A program made the translations under genes and the position numbers. Of a DNA stretch of 64,000 nucleotides, positions 1 to 10,806 are shown piece after piece. Below the pieces are notes generated by a model that made no database searches, had not been told where the DNA came from, and saw only the letters and a list, made by a program, of their open reading frames with translations. Location: assembly GCA_963422735.1 (NCBI GenBank), contig OY730476.1, forward strand, positions 4,320,001 to 4,384,000. Direction: 5' to 3'. Each line of letters begins with the position of its first letter. The stretch's first letter is position 1. Origin of the DNA: Candidatus Latescibacterota bacterium (lineage in GTDB: Bacteria; Latescibacterota; UBA2968; UBA8231).

Positions 1-431
1 CCGGCCACCTGCGTGTACACCATCCGCTCTGCTGACTCACCAGCCAAATCCACCGCGCAAGCCTGCGCCAAAATGCTCGCGGCGGCATCCCCTTGCACCA
101 CCAAGGTCACCGACTGCTGCTCTACCCGATAGACCCCGGCCTCGGCAGCTTCCAACGCAGCGTTCAGACGCGCCCAGAATTTGTCTTCGGGCCGGCACTC
201 CAAAATCAGCTCGCCAGCGCCCACCCGCGCCAAAACCCCATCCGCTCCCACGGGCCGCGTGTCGTATATCCGCGCTGGCAGGGCGAGCGCGTACTGCTCG
301 ACCCACTCGACCAAGCGCGGCCCCTTGGCTCCGAGCTTGACCATATCAATCGGATGGTGCAAGGCGGCTTGCACCGGAGCGGGCGCGTCGGCGACGAGAT
401 GGGCGATGGGGCTTTTGCGCGTCGTGGTCAT
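1..431 (-). CDS. mgdD: N-methylglutamate dehydrogenase / sarcosine oxidase gamma-like subunit (3' end beyond window)
   Basis: Not in ORF track. ATG at 431, open to the edge: MTTTRKSPIAHL...VKLGAKGPRLVEWV...GVLARVGAGELILE...VYRVEQQSVTLVVQG..A..ILAQACAVDL...MVYTQVAG. Resembles the SoxG/MgdD pattern and is the subunit missing from the mgdABC run at 10.8-15.3 kb. Confidence 0.75.
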   Translation of the reverse strand, partial: MTTTRKSPIAHLVADAPAPVQAALHHPIDMVKLGAKGPRLVEWVEQYALALPARIYDTRPVGADGVLARVGAGELILECRPEDKFWARLNAALEAAEAGVYRVEQQSVTLVVQGDAAASILAQACAVDLAGESAERMVYTQVA

Positions 432-453
432 AGGATTTCGGGGGTTAGGGGTT

Positions 454-3669
<3,216 letters not shown>

Positions 3670-3673
3670 AACT

Positions 3674-3796
3674 CTAGTTGTCCTCGCGCAGCGGAGGGAG
3701 TTCTTCCAACCGGGTCAGCCATCGCCCGAAATGACGGCACTCGTTGCGTTCCCGAGCCCATCGGAAAAGATCGGGATTGACGGGGGCGCGGATCAT
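3674..3796 (-). pseudogene. 40-aa chimeric deletion scar (XRE/ImmA-IrrE-like N-terminus fused to DUF4276-like C-terminus)
   Basis: ATGA-coupled [43 protein letters not shown]; family assignment is from remembered motifs only. Confidence 0.45.
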
Positions 3797-4626
3797 TTGC
3801 GTTCCCCTGCCACACTGGCCAGTGCCGCCTTCAGTACTTGAAAACACACCTTGGCTGTGTATTCATCAGGTGTGAAGCCAGAACTTATTTGTTGGTAAGG
3901 GTGGATGTAATTGCGGAAATCGCGCAGGCCGTGGCTGAACTTTTTCACGTCAGGTTTTAGGATACCTAACTCACTGGCAACGTCAATGAATTGAGCAAGC
4001 CTCCAATGCTGAAACCGCTTGACCTCACCTTCGTTCGTCTTGGGGGCGGCCCTAGATGAATTGAATCGAGCAGGTTCCTGCTGTGCTTTTCCCAACAACA
4101 CGGCTTCAAGGACGCTGCCGCAGAGCAATACAACCGATAGATGGGCACCCGCGTCCAACGTTTTCCGTATTTCTTCAAGGCGGTTCTCGATGATAGGCAC
4201 GACGACCTTTTCGACCGGAAGTTTCTGGATGTTAGGGAAGGAAAAATTCTCGCGGAGAAATTCTTGCTCGGTTTCTTCCAGGTTCACAGCTTGAGGTTTA
4301 CCGGAGAGACGCGCAACGATACTCCGTGCCCTTCCGAGAACCGGTGCGTTGACTTCCTTGTCGCCCAATTCGCAATCAGTCTCGTAGGAGTCCAGCATTT
4401 CTGACAGCACCTGTCCAACCAACATATCGGGCTCCCGCTCCCAAAAGGCCCGCATCTTTTTCACCTTGGAGGTTCCGTAGGTTTGATATTTCTGGCCGTG
4501 AATATCGATCCCGTGGCGTACGAAAAATTCCCCGAAAGTCGCATTACTGTAGTCCAGAACATAGCCCCCATCCATACTTAGAATTTCTTCAAGGTAACGT
4601 TTGTCGACATCGGTCAAGCTGTTCAT
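3793..4626 (-). CDS. AbiJ-like N-terminal domain + HEPN-like C-terminal domain protein (putative abortive-infection RNase)
   Basis: N-term [18 protein letters not shown]...[13 protein letters not shown]; C-term [10 protein letters not shown]...[10 protein letters not shown] (R...H HEPN-like motif); lower GC than hsdR; lies between hsdS and hsdR. Confidence 0.6.
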   Translation of the reverse strand: MNSLTDVDKRYLEEILSMDGGYVLDYSNATFGEFFVRHGIDIHGQKYQTYGTSKVKKMRAFWEREPDMLVGQVLSEMLDSYETDCELGDKEVNAPVLGRARSIVARLSGKPQAVNLEETEQEFLRENFSFPNIQKLPVEKVVVPIIENRLEEIRKTLDAGAHLSVVLLCGSVLEAVLLGKAQQEPARFNSSRAAPKTNEGEVKRFQHWRLAQFIDVASELGILKPDVKKFSHGLRDFRNYIHPYQQISSGFTPDEYTAKVCFQVLKAALASVAGERK

Positions 4627-6647
4627 GCAACCGCCGCCTCTGCCTTTTCGGCCTCGGCGTCGGGAACGCGAATTTCCCCGGAGATGAGATTTGGAAGCAG
4701 CGCACCTCGAATCGCGCCGAGAAAGTGCGACTCTCGCTCGTTCTTGACGATCCGATCATAGAGCGATTGCCCCAGTTGGTTATGGGCTCTCCTAACCGAC
4801 TCATGCGGCACGATTGCCGGCAACTTTCGAAAATTTCGCTTGTTGATCTCTTGGAACGTAGAGCCGTTCGCGTGTTCTTTGATGCCGTCCATGTTCGCCT
4901 CGATCCAGAGCCAAACGTACATGGCGGCCAGTCGCTGCCGGCACTTCATCGCGATGAAGCCCTGGTTGATGGCCACCGGCACGTCTGCTATCGCCACATA
5001 GCCTATCGGCGCACGCGACGACAGCAACACCGTTCCTCGCGCCAAGAGTCCAGAACTAATCTTGCCCAACCCCTGCTCCGTTATTCTACGAGCTGTTTCC
5101 ATCAACACTGGCGATGCAAGTCGCGATAGATCCTTCGGGGTCGCCCAGCGTATGGACCCGTCCCAATACGACCGCTCCTTGGTGCTCGGGGTAGAACCTC
5201 CTACCACATTGACCTCCTGGCCGATAGTAGACACCTCCCACCCCTCCGGTATCTCGCCCAATCCCGAATCGACGAAGCGGTCGGGGAACAGGGCCGCAAT
5301 TTCCGGGTCCATCCTGTCGAGATAGGCGCGGGCGCGTTCGGCGGGCCAATCCGCCTTGTCTGTGCCATCACTCACCTTAGGGGGAGAGGATGTGCGCTTG
5401 GCTGGCCGCAGGGCGGCTTTGGCGCGGACGGGGTCGAAATCGACGAACCAGGACTTGAACAGGGCGCGGGCCATCGCCTCCAGCGTCTCGTTCATGCGGC
5501 GGTTCAGTTCGATCTTGTCGTCCAGTGTGCCGAGGATGTGGGCGATGGCACGTTGTTCGGGGAGGGGTGGGAGACGAAGATGGAGATTCTTGAGTGAAGT
5601 CCCGGAAAGCTCCTGAAACGTCGAACCGGAAGCGTGCCGCTTCAGTACCTCTGTATTCTGGATCAGCCAGTAGTATATGTACTCAGCCGAAGCTTCTTCT
5701 TTACATACAAGGCTACGGAAACCTTGATTTGTTGCTATAGGGTTCTTTGCCAAAGCAACATATCCGATAGGGGCGCGGGTCGAAAGCAAAACCGAACCGG
5801 TCGGCAAAAGCCTAGCAGAACAGCTTTTCAATCCCTTGCGCGACAGATTCCGTTCACCCCTTTCAACGTAACGGTTATGCGGTACTGAAAGGTCCTTCGG
5901 TGTCAGCCACGGGATGTCTCCATCAAAGTTACCCGGGCTCTTGGTCGACGGTGTGCTACCACCCACGACATCAGCTACTTCGCCAATAGTGACCTCGCGC
6001 CACTGGTCGCTGGCACATTGCTTGCCCTCCACCAACACCACATGCTCCCCCTCAATCTCACGCTGAAATCTCTCCGGCAGCCGCGCCCAATCCCGCGCTT
6101 CTATGAGAAATGGGACGGTGGACTCCTGTACGGCTTCGTTGAATTCGGCGAGTTGCGAGATGTCGATTTTGACGAGACCGGGGCTGCGTAATACCAGGTC
6201 GAGGTCGCTGTCGTCGTGGCTGCGCCCGTTCACTCGGCTGCCATAGGCCCAGACCTCGACATCGGGCAGATGCTTACGCAGCAGTGCCTCCAGCGCCCGA
6301 CGGTACCTTGGCAGCAGATGCAGCCGGTCCGTTTTCTCGCTGCCGCGCCGGCGGTGCCACACCACGCCATGCGCCCGGATATGGTCGAGAAGGGCCGAGT
6401 TGTCTATGAAGCGATACAGGATCAGATCGACCGACTGAGCCATCGGGATGTCGTCGATGATGGCACCGAGGCGGGCCTGATCGGTGAGCGTGAGGCCGTC
6501 TCCGAACAGCGCGATGTCCACGTCCGAGTCCGCCGTATAGGTGCCCGTGGCCCTGGACCCGAACAGCACCGCACGCTCCACCCGGGGGTTAGCGGCGATG
6601 GCGGCGATGATCGCTGCGCGATGCCTGTCCTTGAGTCCGTCGATCAT
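4623..6647 (-). CDS. hsdS: Type I R-M specificity subunit with two N-terminal minimal nucleotidyltransferase (MNT) domains
   Basis: [15 protein letters not shown] and [15 protein letters not shown] (two GS-x10-DxD motifs), then TRD1, conserved [35 protein letters not shown]2 and [12 protein letters not shown], all in one frame. Confidence 0.92.
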   Translation of the reverse strand: MIDGLKDRHRAAIIAAIAANPRVERAVLFGSRATGTYTADSDVDIALFGDGLTLTDQARLGAIIDDIPMAQSVDLILYRFIDNSALLDHIRAHGVVWHRRRGSEKTDRLHLLPRYRRALEALLRKHLPDVEVWAYGSRVNGRSHDDSDLDLVLRSPGLVKIDISQLAEFNEAVQESTVPFLIEARDWARLPERFQREIEGEHVVLVEGKQCASDQWREVTIGEVADVVGGSTPSTKSPGNFDGDIPWLTPKDLSVPHNRYVERGERNLSRKGLKSCSARLLPTGSVLLSTRAPIGYVALAKNPIATNQGFRSLVCKEEASAEYIYYWLIQNTEVLKRHASGSTFQELSGTSLKNLHLRLPPLPEQRAIAHILGTLDDKIELNRRMNETLEAMARALFKSWFVDFDPVRAKAALRPAKRTSSPPKVSDGTDKADWPAERARAYLDRMDPEIAALFPDRFVDSGLGEIPEGWEVSTIGQEVNVVGGSTPSTKERSYWDGSIRWATPKDLSRLASPVLMETARRITEQGLGKISSGLLARGTVLLSSRAPIGYVAIADVPVAINQGFIAMKCRQRLAAMYVWLWIEANMDGIKEHANGSTFQEINKRNFRKLPAIVPHESVRRAHNQLGQSLYDRIVKNERESHFLGAIRGALLPNLISGEIRVPDAEAEKAEAAVA

Positions 6648-7057
6648 TGCTCCGCCTTCGTGCGCAGCGTCGCATGGAGCCGCAACAGAACGGGGTGATA
6701 GCGATCCTTAATCAACGCTTCCGCTTCAAGCGCGGCGCTTTGCCGGCAGGCATGGCTGAGAACATTGCGCTTGTCGAGGGCGTCGAGCAGGGTTTCGCAA
6801 TCTTGTTCGTCGATGTAGTCGACCTCAAAGCTCTTGCGGATAGCCGCGCGAGGGACTTTCACTTCGTATCCTTCGTAGAAGAGCAGGTCCTTCAGCACGT
6901 TCCATGACAACTCGAAACAGAACTCGAACGTTTTGATCAAGCCGGCGCGTTCGAGATCGTTGTAGCGGTCGTGTTCGCACGCCTCAGTCAGTCGAGACAA
7001 CGCATTGCCGAAATTCTCCAGTCGCTGCATCCAGCGGATTTCGTCGGAATTGCTCAT
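6644..7057 (-). CDS. HI0074-family HEPN protein (nucleotidyltransferase substrate-binding / HepT-like toxin)
   Basis: Real start MSNSDEIRW at 7057; [16 protein letters not shown] and RNVLSH (R-x4-H); ATGA overlaps with both neighbours. Confidence 0.88.
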   Translation of the reverse strand: MSNSDEIRWMQRLENFGNALSRLTEACEHDRYNDLERAGLIKTFEFCFELSWNVLKDLLFYEGYEVKVPRAAIRKSFEVDYIDEQDCETLLDALDKRNVLSHACRQSAALEAEALIKDRYHPVLLRLHATLRTKAEQ

Positions 7058-8792
7058 TGTTGGCTGTTCCGGAATCCCAGCGCCTGGAGATTTGCCTCGA
7101 TGGCCTTGTCCAGCCGTGCGGCCTCGGCCTGCTGCTCGCGCAGCTGCGCGACGAGTCGCTGCATCTTGTCCTCGAACGGATTGCCGTCGTCCGACTGTGG
7201 TTCCGCGCCGACGTAGCGGACGGGGGTGAGCACGTGGCCGTGTTTGCGTATTTCTTCCAGGGAGGCGCTTTTGCAGAAGCCGGGGACGTCGGCGTAGGTT
7301 TTTCCCCCTCACCCCAACCCTCTCCCTCCAGGGGAGAGGGAGTATCAGCGCCCTCGTTCTGGCCTTCTCCCTGCGAGGAAAGGGGGGTGCTGGGTCCGCT
7401 CTGGCCCTCTTTCTTCTTCGAGAGAGAGCCGCTGCGCCAGGTGTGGTAGGTGTCGGCGATGCGGGCGATGTCCTCATCCGTCAGTTCGCGGTGGGTGCGG
7501 TCCACCATGCGGCCGAGCTTGCGGGCGTCGATGAACAGCACTTCGCCGCGCCGCTTGCGATCTCGCGCCAGGAACCACAGGCAGGCCGGAATCTGGGTTG
7601 AGTAGAAGAGCTGGCCGGGCAGCGCGACCATGCAGCCCACCAAATCGGCTTCGATCAGGTTCTTGCGGATCGCGCCCTCGCCCGATTGCGCCGACGACAT
7701 GGAGCCGTTGGCGAGCACGAAGCCGGCGGTGCCGCTTGGCGCCAGATGGTGGACCATGTGCTGCACCCAGGCGAAGTTGGCGTTGCCTTTCGGCGGTGCG
7801 CCGTACTGCCAACGCTGGTCGTCGGCTAGGCGCTCGCCGCCCCAGTCGGAAATGTTGAACGGTGGATTGGCGAGGATGAAGTCGGCCTTGAGGTCGGGGT
7901 GCTTGTCGGCATGGAAGCTGTCGCCGTGGGCGATCTGCCCGTCGATGCCGCGAATGGCGAGGTTCATCTTCGCCAGCCGCCACGTCGTGTAGTTCGATTC
8001 CTGGCCGTAGATGCTGATGTCCGCCTGCGCTCCTTTTGTGCGAGGTGTTCCCCCTCGCGCTCCCCCGCTGAGGGCTCTGCCGCCGTTGCCGGTCGCATGG
8101 GCACGGATGAATTCGATGGACTGCACGAACATGCCGGACGAGCCGCAGCAGGGGTCGTAGACCCGGCCCCGGTATGGCTGAAGCATCTCGACCAGGAGCT
8201 TGACGACGCAGCGCGGGGTGTAGAACTCGCCGCCCTTCTTGCCCTCGGCGCTGGCGAACTGGGACAGGAAATATTCGTAGACGCGGCCGAGCACGTCCTT
8301 CGAGCGCGCCTCGGCGTTGCCCACCTGGATATTGCCGACCATGTCGATGAGCTGGCCAAGCCGCTGCTTGTCCAGCGCTGGACGGGCGTAGTCCTTGGGC
8401 AGCACGTCCTTGAGCGCTGGGTTGTCGCGCTCGATTGCCGCCATCGCACCGTCGACGACTTGGCCGATAGCCGGCTGGCGGGCCTGGGCCTTGAGATGGC
8501 CCCAGCGGGTTTCGGACGGCACCCAGAAGATGTTCTCGGCGAGATATTCGTCGCGGTCTTCGGCGGCCTCCGCGCCCCACTCGGCGAGCACCGCGGCATG
8601 ACGCTCCTCGAAGGCGTCGGAGATGTATTTCAGGAAGATCAGCCCGAGCACGACATGCTTGTACTCGGCCGCATCCATCGAGCCGCGCAGGGCATCGGCC
8701 ATGCGCCACAGTTCGGCTTCGTAGCCGGTCGTGGTGCCGTTGCCCTCTGCGTCGGCAGGGGTCTGTCGCGTTGTCGTCATTGAGCTTCTCAT
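7054..8792 (-). CDS. hsdM: Type I R-M methyltransferase M subunit, frameshifted at 7299-7308
   Basis: [32 protein letters not shown]. The conserved C-terminus [30 protein letters not shown]...LQALGF lies in the -1 frame and stops at 7054-7056. Confidence 0.9.
7304..7428. repeat. Three tandem degenerate palindromic elements (CCCTCTCCC-N5-GGGAGAGGG type) inside hsdM
   Basis: CCCCTCACCCCAACCCTCTCCCTCCAGGGGAGAGGG plus two decayed copies; encodes [12 protein letters not shown]. Confidence 0.7.
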
Positions 8793-8808
8793 CCTCGGTC
8801 AACAAAAA

Positions 8809-10773
8809 CTAATACACTGGCAGGCGGTTGCCCACCGTCCCGGAGAAGCCATCCACGACGAGCCAGATGCCGGCAGTGACGATCTGGCCGAGAGCTATGC
8901 CGAGGAAGAAAGGTACACTCTTGTGGTAGAGAGCCGCGCCCCCAAAGCGGAGCACTAGGGCCTTGACTAGCCAAGCGAGAAGAATTGAGCACCAGATATG
9001 GTCCATGACCCAGCCCATGCTCGCGGCAAAGCCCAAAGGATGCAGCGGCCACCAAGCCCAAAAGTTGCGCGCACCGATCAGCATACTCATCAGTAGAGCA
9101 CCGCCGCCGGTCCACAGCCAGCCGATGGCGTCCGGGCCGGTGGGATGGAGTAGTTTTTGCGCGGCGAACTTAGACGGCTCGGCCGCAAAGGTGGAAAAGT
9201 ACTGCTGGTGGAGATTGACGGCTCCGTGCGTATAGGCCAAGCGCAACGTGTACCAAGTCGATAGCAAAAGGCTGATGAGCATGGCCGCGACCAACCCCCA
9301 AAGCAACCGGCGGCGATCGCCTGCCAATTCGCTGCCCAAGCGCAGGCTATTGGCCAAGGGGGCGGTCATAAAAACCAGCAGGTCGCCGATCCACACGAAG
9401 GTGTAGCCCAGCGCCACCACGCCCGGTGCCCCCAATGCCGGCACACCGACGGCGCTGACGGCAAACCCAGCGGGAACCATGCCCGAGGTAATGGTGGGGG
9501 TACCGGCCTCGGCGACGATGCGCGTCAGCGCGACCAAAAGGCCCAGTGCCACCACCACCACTAACGCGGCGATCCACACCGGCAACCCGCTCTGCCACAG
9601 CCACATCACCATGCCCCCCGCGCCCAAGACCAAACCGACGACGCAGAAGCGAAAAGACGCCATTTCCCCTTCGTCTTTCCGAGGGCGCAAAAAGCGGCGT
9701 CCAACCTCGAAAAGATGGGCGCGGGCCGTCCACAAGCCATAAAAGACGAGCACAGCACAGGCCCCCATCATCTGATGCCCCATCCCCGCATCGGACCACG
9801 TCCCCACCTCGGCGGTGTGGTGCAGATGCAGGCTGCGGAGTAGGCCCTCTTGCAGGGCGTGGAGCAGATAGAAAACCCAAAGACTAAAGGACAGTTGGAC
9901 GCCGATGAGGTAGGCAAAGCCGAGCATGAGGAAGTTGATGTCGAGGCGCAAGACGACGATCTGCCGCAACAGCGACAGCCGCGTCTCCAGCACGGGCGAG
10001 GGTATAGCGGGGAAATAGTGATGCAGGGCCTCTAAACTGCCGAGGACAAAGGGAATGGCCAAGCCCAGCCAGACGAGGTGCTGGCGAAAAAAGGGCGCGA
10101 GTCGGCTTTCTTCTGCACCTTGGATCATGGCTAGCGGCACTTGCGCTAAGGGATAGGCCAGCCGCTCGTTATCGACCCATGGGCGGCGCAGGATGTTCAT
10201 CAGGCATATCAAGGCCAAGTAGAACGCCGAATAGAACGCCAGCCAGTGTCCCAAGGGCACCAACCAAGCGTCCCAAGGGATCGGCGCGGCGCGCCCGGCA
10301 CCCTCGTAGAAGGCCCTGATGGCCTCTGGATCTGCGACGACCATCCAGTCGGCCAAGTGGGGATGAATCAGCTCGGCCCACTGGTTTTCTGGGGTGGCGT
10401 AGTAGAAGGTGCCGGTGATCATGGGCAGGAGCATCCCCACCACCCCGCGCGTGGGAATGGCCGTGGCCACCGCCATCATCGCGAAAATCGTCACCAACTC
10501 GCCGCGGCCAAATGCCCACTCCCGCCGCACAGCCCCCAGAGCCACCTGCACGATCACCAGCAGCGCGAACAACAAGAAAAACGCCGCGGGCGTCGCCGAC
10601 GAAAGCCCCAGCCGCGACCCTTGCACCACCATGCTCCCATAGGGTACGCCGATGGCGATGAGGGCGGCCAAGAGGCCGCCGGTGAGTAGGGCGCGCCCCG
10701 TAGCACCCCGGCCCGTGGTCCGGTCGCGGCGCACTACGCGCCGGCGATAGGCAGCCGGTACTCGTCGGAGCAA
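8809..10773 (-). CDS. DUF6785/DUF6784-family polytopic membrane protein (OPT-like putative transporter)
   Basis: Many TM helices; WVDNERLAYPL, WWPLHPLGF and PFFLGIALG motifs. Confidence 0.75.
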   Translation of the reverse strand: MLRRVPAAYRRRVVRRDRTTGRGATGRALLTGGLLAALIAIGVPYGSMVVQGSRLGLSSATPAAFFLLFALLVIVQVALGAVRREWAFGRGELVTIFAMMAVATAIPTRGVVGMLLPMITGTFYYATPENQWAELIHPHLADWMVVADPEAIRAFYEGAGRAAPIPWDAWLVPLGHWLAFYSAFYLALICLMNILRRPWVDNERLAYPLAQVPLAMIQGAEESRLAPFFRQHLVWLGLAIPFVLGSLEALHHYFPAIPSPVLETRLSLLRQIVVLRLDINFLMLGFAYLIGVQLSFSLWVFYLLHALQEGLLRSLHLHHTAEVGTWSDAGMGHQMMGACAVLVFYGLWTARAHLFEVGRRFLRPRKDEGEMASFRFCVVGLVLGAGGMVMWLWQSGLPVWIAALVVVVALGLLVALTRIVAEAGTPTITSGMVPAGFAVSAVGVPALGAPGVVALGYTFVWIGDLLVFMTAPLANSLRLGSELAGDRRRLLWGLVAAMLISLLLSTWYTLRLAYTHGAVNLHQQYFSTFAAEPSKFAAQKLLHPTGPDAIGWLWTGGGALLMSMLIGARNFWAWWPLHPLGFAASMGWVMDHIWCSILLAWLVKALVLRFGGAALYHKSVPFFLGIALGQIVTAGIWLVVDGFSGTVGNRLPVY

Positions 10774-10806
10774 GACCCGTCCTTTCCTAGCGCCGCCCCG
10801 ACGACC

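Noticed and set aside
7299-7308. Canonical programmed -1 frameshift heptamer
   Set aside because: In the hsdM frame the codons are GGG GAA AAA, which is not a proper X XXY YYZ phase; kept only as a possible slippage or indel site.
7058-7477. 140-aa N-terminal extension of the HEPN ORF, and the hsdM tail to 6984
   Set aside because: Both are off-frame readings of the true hsdM 3' end.
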